This document shows positions 27,894 through 37,928 of a DNA stretch of 64,000 nt, one piece after another. The stretch spans positions 5,822,599-5,886,598 of the forward strand of contig OZ242036.1 of assembly GCA_965205075.1 (NCBI GenBank), given 5' to 3'. Both the position numbers and the translations under genes were made by a program. Numbering within the stretch: the stretch's first letter is position 1; each line of letters opens with the position of its first letter. The notes beneath the pieces were generated by a model, which did not search any database, was not told the origin of the DNA, and saw only the letters and a program-made list of their open reading frames with translations. The stretch comes from Candidatus Poribacteria bacterium (lineage in GTDB: Bacteria; Poribacteria; WGA-4E; PCPOR2b).

Positions 27894-29876
27894 ATGAAAA
27901 GTATATTGACAGAACCTCAAAATACCCGTTTTACCTTAACAGAGAATACCCCTGTGCCGTTCCAGAGCGGTTTAACACTTAAATCATTCGTGATCGCTTC
28001 CCTGCTGATTCCGGTCACGGTTGCTTGGATCATTCAGCTTGAAGTGGTTCGCCATACCTTTCCAACGCTTGTTCATCCGCTCTCGCATGTCATTTTCACG
28101 ATTTTCTGGCTTGTTCTGATCGGGTGGATATTCGGTAAAATCTCCCCCAAGCTCGGTCTTTCTCAACAGGAACTCCTCACGATCTACTTCATGTTGTGCA
28201 TTGTTTCCACTCTTTGTTCGTATGACTGTATGGAGATCTTCGTACCGATCATGGCGCATGCGTTCCGGTTTGCTAGTCCTGAAAACGAATGGCGGCAGCT
28301 GTTTTGGCGACAACTGCCGGAGTGGCTCACAGTTCACGACGAAAAAGCGGTAACGGCTCTTTATGAAGGAGGTTCAAGTCTTTACACCGAGAGGTATTTA
28401 AAGGCGTGGCTTGGTCCGGCGGTGGCGTGGATGGCGTTTATCTTTGCGTGGATGGTTGTGATGCTGTGTATTAACGCGCTGTTGCGGGTTCAGTGGATTG
28501 AGCGTGAGCGGTTGACCTATCCCCTGACCCAACTTCCGTTGGAGATGACCAATCCGAGGTTAGGCTTCTTCAGAAACAGGTTGATGTGGCTCGGTTTCGG
28601 CATTGCTGCCCTGATCAGTATTGTGAATCTGCTTCATTCCATCAACCCTATTATCCCCTATATCCCTGTCAAACGCCAGAGCATCAGTCACTATTTTACC
28701 ACCCGTCCTTGGAATGGGATGGGTGGTGTGCAGGTCGCTTTCTATCCTTTCGCGATTGGGATCGGCTTTCTTATACCGCTGGATCTCCTATTTTCATGCT
28801 GGGCGTTTTTCTGGATCTACAAAATTGAACTGATGATTGGCAGCATCATGGGTTGGCGAGGTCTACCACGCTTCCCTTATCCCGCCGAACAGGCTTTCGG
28901 TGTATATATGGGGCTGCTAGGGTTCGTCCTCTGGACTGGCAGATCGCATATCAAAGGGATAGTGCGTCACCTGTTCAGTTCCCGTGCTTCCCCATCACAA
29001 CTAGATGATTCCGGCGAACCGATGCCATATCGCCTTGCTGTTGCGGGCATCATACTCGGCCTGATTTTTCTAATGGCATTTTCCTATAAGGCAGGTATGT
29101 CGCTGTGGGTGATTCCAATTTTCTTCGCAATCTATTTCTTACTATCGGTAATGGTTACGCGACTCAGGGCGGAGCTGGGGTTCCTAGTACACGGTTTGAA
29201 ATTCATCAGTCCACATAACATGATTGTTGCCGGGGTTGGAACATGGCGACTTAATACCAGCACACTGACTGTCTTTTCGCTGTACATGTTTTTCAATCGC
29301 GCCAACTGGGCAAATCCAATGCCGGAACAGCTGGAAGCCTTGAAAATCTCGGAAAGGCGGAATATTAACCCACGCCATACAGCCGCTGCGATTCTGCTTG
29401 CGACAGTTATTGGATCGGCGGTAACTTTTTGGCTATTGTTGGATATCTACTATCGACACGGCGCGGAATCTGGATACTTTGATCCCGCCGTATTGGGATT
29501 TGGGCGTGATGTCTATGTGCAGCTTGAAAACTGGCTGAACTCTCCTAAAGAGCCAGATCGTCCAGCACTCGCCTTTGTGGGGGGTGGGGTTGTGTTTACT
29601 GTGTTGCTGATGTTTTTGCGGGCGCGCTTCCTGTGGTGGCCGCTCCATCCACTCGGTTATGCCACAGCACAGAGTTGGGGGATGGCGAACCTTTGGTGCT
29701 GTCTCTTTGTCGCTTGGGCGTGCAAGGCTATCATCCTACGCTATAGCGGATTCAACGCATATCGACGCGCAATCCCATTCTTTCTCGGACTCGCCTTAGG
29801 GGACTATATTTTGGGTAGCCTCTGGAGTATTTTGGACATTCCAACCACTATCTCTTTATACCTATTTTTCCCTTAA
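27894..29876 (+). CDS. Uncharacterised polytopic membrane protein, paralogue 5 of 5
   Basis: 660-aa ORF with the same motif set. It is the closest relative of paralogue 4. Confidence 0.85.
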   Translation: MKSILTEPQNTRFTLTENTPVPFQSGLTLKSFVIASLLIPVTVAWIIQLEVVRHTFPTLVHPLSHVIFTIFWLVLIGWIFGKISPKLGLSQQELLTIYFMLCIVSTLCSYDCMEIFVPIMAHAFRFASPENEWRQLFWRQLPEWLTVHDEKAVTALYEGGSSLYTERYLKAWLGPAVAWMAFIFAWMVVMLCINALLRVQWIERERLTYPLTQLPLEMTNPRLGFFRNRLMWLGFGIAALISIVNLLHSINPIIPYIPVKRQSISHYFTTRPWNGMGGVQVAFYPFAIGIGFLIPLDLLFSCWAFFWIYKIELMIGSIMGWRGLPRFPYPAEQAFGVYMGLLGFVLWTGRSHIKGIVRHLFSSRASPSQLDDSGEPMPYRLAVAGIILGLIFLMAFSYKAGMSLWVIPIFFAIYFLLSVMVTRLRAELGFLVHGLKFISPHNMIVAGVGTWRLNTSTLTVFSLYMFFNRANWANPMPEQLEALKISERRNINPRHTAAAILLATVIGSAVTFWLLLDIYYRHGAESGYFDPAVLGFGRDVYVQLENWLNSPKEPDRPALAFVGGGVVFTVLLMFLRARFLWWPLHPLGYATAQSWGMANLWCCLFVAWACKAIILRYSGFNAYRRAIPFFLGLALGDYILGSLWSILDIPTTISLYLFFP

Positions 29877-29912
29877 TAGACGAATGTGCATTGTTTTGAG
29901 TCAAAGCGTGGG

Positions 29913-30818
29913 TCAATCAAGTCGCTTCAGATACTGTTTCACAATGTCTATTCCCACAAGATCACTATACACTGCCTGTATTTGATCCGTAACGGGTCCC
30001 GGTACACTGCCATCGCCGATGGTTGAACCGTTGACAGAGGACACGGAACAGAGGCAGAAACTGGTAGAGGTCACAAAAGCCTCATCGGCTGTATAGACAT
30101 CATAAAGATCGATGTCCGCCTCTTGCACCTTGATATTCAGACCTTGGGCGAGTTCGATGACAGTCTCACGGCTTATACCTGCTAAGACATACTGTTCTTT
30201 TGGTGTAACGACCACCCCATTCTTGACAATGAAGAAGTTGCTTCCAAGACCCTCGGCTATATTACCGTTGATGTCCAGCAAGATAGAGAAAGCGTCCGGG
30301 TTCTGCGCCTTCACCTCCTGATCGGCAAGTAAAAGGTTGATGTAATTGTGCACCTTGACCCTAGGACTCATGCACTCAGGCGGCGTCCGTCTTATCGAAG
30401 GGATGACGACACTCAGACCGTCACGGTAATACCGTGCCCTCGCATCGAACGGTAAAGGGTTGCACTCGATGATTACCGTTGGCTTATATTCGCCCCCGCC
30501 TGTGGGAACACCTCTACTAATTCGCTGTATCACCCAATAGTCATCGTCCGGTCCCAACAGCGGTTGATTTGCCGCTAGCACCTGCATGGTCAACTCTGCC
30601 ATCTGTTGCTGGGAAATCCCCGGATCTAGGCGCATATATTTCAGCGAATCGTACAACCGATCCAGATGCTCATTCAGTTTGAATATCACCCCGCCGAAAG
30701 TACGGGTCGCATCAAAGACCGCATCCCCAGTCACAAATCCTTGGTCCCGAAAGGATACCTTTCCTTCGCTCTCTGGAACTATCTCTCCATTGATGTATAC
30801 CATACGTTCTTGAGCCAT
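29913..30818 (-). CDS. Class IV aminotransferase (branched-chain/D-amino-acid aminotransferase family)
   Basis: 301-aa ORF. MVYINGEIVPESEGKVSFRDQGFVTGDAVFDATRTF...HLDRLYDSL is the typical class IV N-terminus. Confidence 0.8.
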   Translation of the reverse strand: MAQERMVYINGEIVPESEGKVSFRDQGFVTGDAVFDATRTFGGVIFKLNEHLDRLYDSLKYMRLDPGISQQQMAELTMQVLAANQPLLGPDDDYWVIQRISRGVPTGGGEYKPTVIIECNPLPFDARARYYRDGLSVVIPSIRRTPPECMSPRVKVHNYINLLLADQEVKAQNPDAFSILLDINGNIAEGLGSNFFIVKNGVVVTPKEQYVLAGISRETVIELAQGLNIKVQEADIDLYDVYTADEAFVTSTSFCLCSVSSVNGSTIGDGSVPGPVTDQIQAVYSDLVGIDIVKQYLKRLD

Positions 30819-31003
30819 GTCGTTTACTTACTCCTCTCAAGTTGCTAGGGACTCTCCGAAAAGTCCCCTGCCCTGCTGTGGAAACTTCTAAATCTTAAAA
30901 AATATGTGTTAAACGTCTTGATAGCGGGAATATTTTCTCGGAAGGTTACGATATCGATTGACTGTAGTTTTCGGCTTAAAGTACACGCACTTCCCACACT
31001 CTA

Positions 31004-31969
31004 TCAGGACTTCCAGTCAAATATCACACCCAGCAGAGCCTCTGGCGTGTTCTTCATCGTCTCATAGATGTGCGGTGCTTCTGTTATCGAAACCCGATGC
31101 GTCACCAGTGGTGCGATTCGGATGGCACCCAATCTGACAAAATGTAGAAGAATCTGTAGGTCTTCAAGTGTGAAATGAGATGAAGATTCAATTGAAGCCC
31201 TTTTGGAATGAAGCATGCTTTGGTGGAACTTCGTCTCGCCCCGACCAGCTAGGGCACCGATGGCTCCATATAAGGCAAGCAGGTCATTCCTATGAATATC
31301 CTCAAATAACGTCGGTGCCCCACAGGCGTCAACGATGCGGTCATAGGGAGCTCCATGCTTCAGTGCCTCGTCTGCAGATGGCTCTGAGATATTTATCACC
31401 CGGTGTGCGCCGAGCGTTCTGGCGATCTCAAGCCGGCGGGGATTGACATCTGTCACGGTCACATAGGCACCGAGGGCGCGCGAGGCCTGTGCCACAGATT
31501 GACCAATAAGCCCCAAGCCTGCCACCCACACATTATGGGAGGCCCCAACACGGATGCGCCTGGAGTGCCGCATTCCTACGCCGGCTACGCCAAACAGGGC
31601 GCAGAATTCACGCTCGACATCGTCGGGAAGTTTGATACAAAGTCGAGCTCTTTCGTTGGTGGTTTCAACGTTTACCAAATGCCATCCACGGTGACCCCCG
31701 TGAACGCCGAGAAAGATGACATCACCCACCGAAAACGCTTCGACCCGATGCCCTATACCGTCGACAACCCCGACGTGCTGATAGCCGGCACGAGTGGGAT
31801 AATTTGTTCTGCCAAAGTCATTCATCAGCGCATGCCGCTCGGTACCATTGGTCACGCCTGAATAGAGAGTGCGAATCCGTATCTCTGTTGGGTCTGGGGC
31901 TGGTGGCGGGCCCAGATCAAAAAATGCCATTTCACCCTGTACCGGAAACTCTATACCAATATTCTGCAT
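31004..31969 (-). CDS. Zinc-type alcohol dehydrogenase-like (MDR family) oxidoreductase
   Basis: 321-aa ORF with a GroES-like N-terminal domain and a VAGLGLIGQ Rossmann motif. Confidence 0.7.
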   Translation of the reverse strand: MQNIGIEFPVQGEMAFFDLGPPPAPDPTEIRIRTLYSGVTNGTERHALMNDFGRTNYPTRAGYQHVGVVDGIGHRVEAFSVGDVIFLGVHGGHRGWHLVNVETTNERARLCIKLPDDVEREFCALFGVAGVGMRHSRRIRVGASHNVWVAGLGLIGQSVAQASRALGAYVTVTDVNPRRLEIARTLGAHRVINISEPSADEALKHGAPYDRIVDACGAPTLFEDIHRNDLLALYGAIGALAGRGETKFHQSMLHSKRASIESSSHFTLEDLQILLHFVRLGAIRIAPLVTHRVSITEAPHIYETMKNTPEALLGVIFDWKS

Positions 31970-32119
31970 TGCTTCAACCTTTCAATTGAACCGTGTGAAG
32001 GTTTGAAACTTTCGCAAGGTTGGATGCGCTTTCCTTTTGAGGATAGTTCGGGGTTTAACCGTAAGCGTTGTTCCTCTGGAAATTTTGCGCGTTGCCTCCT
32101 CCTTGCCCGGTGACAATTT

Positions 32120-32911
32120 CTATCGCTCCGGGAGCAGCGCCGTCAGTCCACCATCAATAACGAAATTAGCACCGGTGATATTGGTCGCCCTTTCGCTGCA
32201 CAGAAACAGTGCTAGTTCTGCAATTTCGCGCGGTGATGTAAAACGTTGGGTTGGGTATTGTGAACGCCAGACCTCCCACTGTTCGTCTTTGGTACGGCTA
32301 AACAGTTGCGCCGCTTGGTCAACCGCTGCCTCCAATAGTGGCGTCTCCACCGATCCAGGTGAAATAGCGTTGGCGCGGATGCCGTATTTTGCCAAATCTA
32401 TGGCTTCGCTCCGGGTGAGCGATAGCAGTCCGGCTTTGGTCACTGAATAGACCATCGCATCTTCCTGGTTTGCCAAGCCCGATACCGAAGCGATGTTGAG
32501 GATAGCACCGCCCTGTTGTTTAATATACGGCACTGAATACTTTGCCATCAGAAAAGCGGACGTGAGATTAACGGCGACGGTCTTATCCCACATTGACAAC
32601 GACAGTTCTTCGACATCTCCCGGACAATCGACAATGCCGACAGTATTAATCAGGCAGTCAATCGTCCCGAAATTTTGGGCGACCGTTTCACAAAAACTGC
32701 GTACCGAGGCTTCATCTGCGACATCAATAGTTTCGCTGTGAACGGTTGCACCTGATTCTCGGCATTTTTCAGTGGTCTGTGAGAGTTCATCTTGACGGAT
32801 GTCGCAAAGACCTAACGTTGCCCCGGCATCCGCAAACTTTTCAGCGATTACCTCTCCAATACCGCCACACGCTCCAGTGATGATGACCACCTTGTTCTTG
32901 TAGTTTTCCAA
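32120..32911 (-). CDS. SDR-family oxidoreductase
   Basis: VVIITGACGGIG (TGxxxGxG), NTVG and a YSVTK catalytic Y-x3-K. Confidence 0.85.
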   Translation of the reverse strand: MENYKNKVVIITGACGGIGEVIAEKFADAGATLGLCDIRQDELSQTTEKCRESGATVHSETIDVADEASVRSFCETVAQNFGTIDCLINTVGIVDCPGDVEELSLSMWDKTVAVNLTSAFLMAKYSVPYIKQQGGAILNIASVSGLANQEDAMVYSVTKAGLLSLTRSEAIDLAKYGIRANAISPGSVETPLLEAAVDQAAQLFSRTKDEQWEVWRSQYPTQRFTSPREIAELALFLCSERATNITGANFVIDGGLTALLPER

Positions 32912-32932
32912 TCGCTTCGCTCCGTTGTGCGG

Positions 32933-33409
32933 TTAGCTGTCCACTTCATCGAAATTCTCGTGCCAATAAATGGCTTCAATTGCGCGATACTTTCCTTCTG
33001 TTTCAAAGTTCATGCTGTGAGCCTTGGGCACACGCTGATCTGTTCGATTGCTGATTGCTTCCGCGTCGCCGATGTAAAACCCTGCGTGTCTACGGATACC
33101 GCCGTCAGGAAATTCTGTCGGTTCCCAGACGAGGACACTGCCAACTTTCGGTTCTTCTATCTTTTTCCAACCTGACCGTTGGAGATTCGCCTCTAGCCCC
33201 CTGACGGTCGTGTGCAGGTCATCTATCAGTTTACAGTGGAAAAGCACCGATGAAACGAAGTAGGCACAAGAAAGTATTCCATCTCGTAGGATATCTGTCT
33301 CTTCCCCGTCAACGGAAGCGTAAAGATTTCGGAATAGATCCGAACCAACGCTGCGGTGAACCATTAGCATATAATTCTTAAAACGGTTTAGCTCAACTTT
33401 TTGCGCCAA
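32933..33409 (-). CDS. Hypothetical protein with NlpC/P60-like (papain-fold Cys...His) pattern
   Basis: SCAYFVSSVLF (Cys), then GSVLVWEP...RHAGFYIGDAEAISN (His), in NlpC/P60-like order and spacing. No signal peptide. Confidence 0.4.
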   Translation of the reverse strand: MAQKVELNRFKNYMLMVHRSVGSDLFRNLYASVDGEETDILRDGILSCAYFVSSVLFHCKLIDDLHTTVRGLEANLQRSGWKKIEEPKVGSVLVWEPTEFPDGGIRRHAGFYIGDAEAISNRTDQRVPKAHSMNFETEGKYRAIEAIYWHENFDEVDS

Positions 33410-33463
33410 AATAGTCCTCCGATTAAAGACTCATATAATCTCTCTAGGGCAATATCCCGCCCA

Positions 33464-34087
33464 TTACATGGGATCCGGCTTATATCCCCCAAACAAGGCA
33501 CGCCCCTCTGTCTGCCAAAAGCATTCCACATCAATAAACCCAATGTTTTCAAGCCAAACAACCTGATCTTCAACCGTTCCAAAGGGATCGTGGTTGTCGC
33601 GTATAGGGTCATCCGGTTTTCGGACCAAGTCGTGGTTGGCAAAGCAACCACCCGGCTTCAGCAGCTGAAAGATTTCGGTGTATAACGCCTGTTTGCGGTC
33701 ATCGACCACATGGTGAATGGCTCGCGACGAGACTACCGCATCAAACTGTCGATCCGTGGGCAGGGCTGCCAACCAATTCGGAGAATCAAAATTCGATACA
33801 ACAAAATAGAGTTGATTCTCCCAATCTGCTAGCCGCGCTTTCCCATGCTTTAGCATTTCCCCTGATCCATCGAGGCACACCACCTGTGCATTCGGATAAG
33901 CAGTCAGGATCTCGCGTGTTACAATTCCGTATCCCGCACCGAGATCTAACACCTCGATAGGTTCTTCAGCGCTGCGTCGAATCAAACCCACAAGCGCAGT
34001 AATCTGTTCTGCCCTTTCCGGGTCTGTTTTGTCACCGTCTTCTACCCATTGACGAACGTATTCGGGCGAATCCCATTCGTGTGGCAT
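33464..34087 (-). CDS. Class I SAM-dependent methyltransferase
   Basis: Motif I VLDLGAGYG, and a post-I acidic residue in VVCLDGS. Confidence 0.8.
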   Translation of the reverse strand: MPHEWDSPEYVRQWVEDGDKTDPERAEQITALVGLIRRSAEEPIEVLDLGAGYGIVTREILTAYPNAQVVCLDGSGEMLKHGKARLADWENQLYFVVSNFDSPNWLAALPTDRQFDAVVSSRAIHHVVDDRKQALYTEIFQLLKPGGCFANHDLVRKPDDPIRDNHDPFGTVEDQVVWLENIGFIDVECFWQTEGRALFGGYKPDPM

Positions 34088-34154
34088 TGCGTTTCTCCTT
34101 TCAATCGATCAGGACTGGACTAGGTTAATGGATTACCTCACCGGACTTGATTAC

Positions 34155-35243
34155 CTAGCGAATCGCTGCCAGCACGTGCTTCATCAATTGGTCAATATAA
34201 TCTGACTCTATCCACCGTACCACGACCACCAAATCGTTCTCCGGTTCAATCCAAATCATGTTCCGTCCAGCACCCAAAGCACAGAAACTAGTTTCCGGTG
34301 CGCTTGGGAATAGCTGCCTATCCGTATTAAGCCACCACATATAGCCATAATCCGGTTCAACCGGACACGGTGTGGTTGCCAAATCTATCCACCGCTCAGA
34401 AAGTATCTGCCGTTCACCCCATCGACCACGGCGCAGAAATAGATGGCCGAACCGCGCATGATCTCTGGTGCTAATCCAGACCCCACCACCCCAATGACCA
34501 CCACCGCTGACCGACTGCATCTTCAGTCCATCAATTGTCAGCCACGAATTTCGATAGCCGTGCCATCGCCAGCTATTGGAAGCACCGATAGGATTCATCA
34601 CGTTATCTTTTAGAACCCGCGGCAGCGGTTTACGCCAAACACGCAGCAAAGAAAGCGCGAGCCGGTTAACACGGACATCGTTGTAAGCAAAGACGCTGCC
34701 GGGGGCTGGAAGCGCATTATCAGGACCCCGCTCTCCCTGACTATCAGCATAGTCGGGTTTGTCCCAAAGCGTTCCCTCCCACTCGCTTGTTTGTTGAAGC
34801 AGGTGATGCCAAGTAATTTGGGCGTTGTGTGGCGAATCGAATCCACCGTCGTTTACATAGTCTCGGACAGGTTGATGTACGTCTCGAATCAGTCCACAGT
34901 CTAGTGCTAGTCCGACGATCGTGGACAGATAACTCTTGCTAATACTAAACGTCATATCAACACGCTGTGTCTCGCCCCACTCGGCGACAACATAACCGTG
35001 CCGCAATATAAGCCCATTGGTCGCGCCCCGGTCTTTTATCGATCCGATGACCTCGGGGTGGGATTCTTCCTTTTCCATCTCGGTGTAGTGCGACCGCATT
35101 TTACGGGGCCATGTGGTTTCAATCGTCTGGGCATAGTGAATTGCCTCATTGAGAGAATCAGTGTCAATACCCACCTCCTCCGGCTTCCTACGCTCCCAAT
35201 CGTCCCCTCGTTCAGGATAGTACGCATCTTGTGCAAATTGCAT
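34155..35243 (-). CDS. Serine hydrolase (beta-lactamase/transpeptidase-like family)
   Basis: SISK (SxxK) motif near residue 100. Overall class-C-like esterase appearance. Confidence 0.7.
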   Translation of the reverse strand: MQFAQDAYYPERGDDWERRKPEEVGIDTDSLNEAIHYAQTIETTWPRKMRSHYTEMEKEESHPEVIGSIKDRGATNGLILRHGYVVAEWGETQRVDMTFSISKSYLSTIVGLALDCGLIRDVHQPVRDYVNDGGFDSPHNAQITWHHLLQQTSEWEGTLWDKPDYADSQGERGPDNALPAPGSVFAYNDVRVNRLALSLLRVWRKPLPRVLKDNVMNPIGASNSWRWHGYRNSWLTIDGLKMQSVSGGGHWGGGVWISTRDHARFGHLFLRRGRWGERQILSERWIDLATTPCPVEPDYGYMWWLNTDRQLFPSAPETSFCALGAGRNMIWIEPENDLVVVVRWIESDYIDQLMKHVLAAIR

Positions 35244-35257
35244 TTGAGCCCTCCAAT

Positions 35258-37453
35258 TTAATTTTGATATTCTACGAGCAGCACTTCGTGGAGACTTACC
35301 GCTGGCACCATAACCGTTGCAGCAGCGTTTGCTGACACCTCTAGATTTGTTCCCTGTAGCGGCAAACGTGCCGATTTCACCACAAAATCATTAAACCGAA
35401 CCCGAATATTGTGGATAGGATTCACCTCACGGAGCGACAAAAAAGTAGTCATCTCTGCATCGTGTTTCTCACGATTGGCGATACGCCAAGGCAGCAGTGG
35501 AGTGGGATTGTTAAGCAGATGAATCATTAACTCATTCGCACCTCGGTGGGCAGCAGTAACCTCAATGGCTTCCGGCATCTCAAACTCAATAGGTGGAGGC
35601 GTCCGCTTCACCAAGTCCGCGATGAGCCGTTTCAGTGGCGGGTACGGATTGTTCATATATGCGCCCCCCACATCACCGCAGATATAAATCGTTTTGCCTT
35701 TCCCATAACGGTTCATTGTGATAGCCGGTTCGGGCGAATCATAGTCCATCCTTGGGTCAAAATCGTTCAGCAAGCGTTCCCCTTCTAGACGACTTCGTGT
35801 GCAAAGTACATGGATGTCCGCATCCGGCAGAACGGACACCGCAGATTCCTGACCGTAAAAACAGATGACATCGCCGAATTTGCGCGACAATTCTGCATCT
35901 TGTGGGACGTATATGATACCGTGGTCGTTTGTCCCTCCGCGTGGTCCACCGTACTCCACGCCTAATACATCGGAGAGGGCAAAGGCACCCCGCTCACGTC
36001 CAAGTTCGTCGAGCAGCGAGGTCTCATGGGTAGCGATCAACGTGCCACCTTCATGGACAAATTTTCTGATGGTCTCGCACTGTTCATCGGACAGGCAGGC
36101 ACTATTTGAGAGAAACAGCAAACGATATTGTGACAACATCTCATAGTTCAATCGCTCGTCCAAAACGAAGTCGAATAGCAGGTGTGAGCGATTCAATATC
36201 TCGTAGGCACCGTAAGCGTCTTTCTGCCCAATCTCATGGAAATAGGTCTGCCCCGTGTTCTTGGGAATTTCCGACGGACGAAAGTCCCGATTCTGCTGTG
36301 AGTAGTGAAGTGCAACGTATTTGACCGTATCGCCTTTGATGTAATCAACCCGTTTCTTGAATTCGTTAAAGACAGACTTGACCGTGTCTTTATGGAGAAC
36401 TGTCGGTCCATCGAAAGGATTTCCACACGGTGCACCGCCGTTCGCGATAGCGGCAAGTCCAGCAATCGCAGGTGAAAATGTTTCAGGATAAGGTGCACCA
36501 CCAAATCCCTGTAGTGATTGAGTAACGTTTCGGAAGAGACCGAAGGGAGTGCCGGTTGAGCGCAGCACCTTTGCTGTAAAGTTGGGTTCTCGTAGGGAAC
36601 GAAATGTTTCTACGAAAAAATAACCACCAACGTCTTCCAGATGAAATGAATTGAGTGGATGTCCGTCTGACCAATCGGCGGTCGGTCGAATGTACGAATT
36701 CATGTCGAGAATAACATCCGGATATTTCGTCCTGATCCGCCGGAAGAGATGATGCATAAAATCCTTCATTTTCTCGTAACGCCAGTTGACAAAGTGTCGG
36801 AAGTCCAAAGAATCAAAGTCAACTTTTCGGGGAATTTCCAACCCTGTTTCTTCCCGAAACAGTTTTTCGCAGTAACTACAACAGCAGGAGGGATAAAAAG
36901 GACGTTCCTCGTGGGATCCGTAGTTGGTATCATCAAAGTAGAAGCCGTCGAGGTCAAGATTATCTAGCCATTCGATGAGATACTCCGGCAACCAGTCCCG
37001 ATAGGGTGAGTTAAAACAGAACCAACCCAGATTTTCGATCTTAGATCTGCCGTCGTCTAAAAACTGCATCAACCACTCCGGACGCAGCGGTTTGAGTGGT
37101 TTGGTGTATATGACAGGATAGTAGCTGAGGATAAGGATGCCCCGTTGGTGCGCCAGTTCCAAGAATCTCGGCAGGCGATCGTTGTCAACGTTGGGATGCG
37201 GCGGAATCATCGTTGAGCGAAAGCGGGGTGTGCCTCTGTTAATCTCCCCATCGACTACCTGTACCTCGACACCGATTTCATCGATGAAGTCCACCCACTC
37301 CTCGACGGACAGTCCTACATACGACTCCCCCGGTTGCACACAGCTTGGATAGCACTCTATGCGGCATACGCGCTTTTCGTAAGACTTTTCTGCAAGCCTT
37401 TGCGCGGTAGACCCAACCCGATTCACTTTTGGTCCTCTGTCCTCTGTGCTCAC
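35258..37453 (-). CDS. Putative glycoside-hydrolase-like protein (TIM-barrel GHL-type N-terminal part plus beta-galactosidase-trimerisation/GATase1-like domain)
   Basis: 731-aa ORF. The central segment LLFLSNSACLSDEQCETIRKFVHEGGTLIATHETS resembles the GH42 middle domain. The family assignment is tentative. Confidence 0.4.
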   Translation of the reverse strand: MSTEDRGPKVNRVGSTAQRLAEKSYEKRVCRIECYPSCVQPGESYVGLSVEEWVDFIDEIGVEVQVVDGEINRGTPRFRSTMIPPHPNVDNDRLPRFLELAHQRGILILSYYPVIYTKPLKPLRPEWLMQFLDDGRSKIENLGWFCFNSPYRDWLPEYLIEWLDNLDLDGFYFDDTNYGSHEERPFYPSCCCSYCEKLFREETGLEIPRKVDFDSLDFRHFVNWRYEKMKDFMHHLFRRIRTKYPDVILDMNSYIRPTADWSDGHPLNSFHLEDVGGYFFVETFRSLREPNFTAKVLRSTGTPFGLFRNVTQSLQGFGGAPYPETFSPAIAGLAAIANGGAPCGNPFDGPTVLHKDTVKSVFNEFKKRVDYIKGDTVKYVALHYSQQNRDFRPSEIPKNTGQTYFHEIGQKDAYGAYEILNRSHLLFDFVLDERLNYEMLSQYRLLFLSNSACLSDEQCETIRKFVHEGGTLIATHETSLLDELGRERGAFALSDVLGVEYGGPRGGTNDHGIIYVPQDAELSRKFGDVICFYGQESAVSVLPDADIHVLCTRSRLEGERLLNDFDPRMDYDSPEPAITMNRYGKGKTIYICGDVGGAYMNNPYPPLKRLIADLVKRTPPPIEFEMPEAIEVTAAHRGANELMIHLLNNPTPLLPWRIANREKHDAEMTTFLSLREVNPIHNIRVRFNDFVVKSARLPLQGTNLEVSANAAATVMVPAVSLHEVLLVEYQN

Positions 37454-37511
37454 AGCGTATCTCCCTCAATACTCAACCCGATATAGCTACAACCCCTTCT
37501 TGGGGTTCCAG

Positions 37512-37925
37512 TTAGCCTCCCACACTCGCTTTTGATACAATCGTTCCCTCAATAGCGTTCAGGAACTCGATTACTTCACTTGTCGCTGGCTGTGTGATCT
37601 GAAATTTAGATTGGTATTCCCTGAGAATCTGATTCAGTCTTATCAGATCCGTTTGGCGATCTGCGGTCGCTTCTCTGACGCGCTCAAATTGAGAACGGAT
37701 CTCTTCAGCAGGCACACCATCCGGCTTTCGCAGCCAGTTGCCATCCGGGGCTTTCATCAACAGATGTGCTTCGACAGCGTTCAAGGCACGTTCCGCCATC
37801 CAATATTGTGCCCCTTCAAACCCGCCCAATCTTTGGTAAAGCAGAACCCCGACCGCAGCAATGATTATCACTACAACGAGTCCGGTGGTCGCCACACGTC
37901 GATAACAGCCCTTCCTCTGCGCCAT
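37512..37925 (-). CDS. Hypothetical membrane-anchored protein
   Basis: 137-aa ORF with a single N-terminal TM segment (GLVVVIIIAAVGVLLY). Its start lies 3 nt after the stop of the upstream amidohydrolase gene. Confidence 0.55.
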   Translation of the reverse strand: MAQRKGCYRRVATTGLVVVIIIAAVGVLLYQRLGGFEGAQYWMAERALNAVEAHLLMKAPDGNWLRKPDGVPAEEIRSQFERVREATADRQTDLIRLNQILREYQSKFQITQPATSEVIEFLNAIEGTIVSKASVGG

Positions 37926-37928
37926 ATA

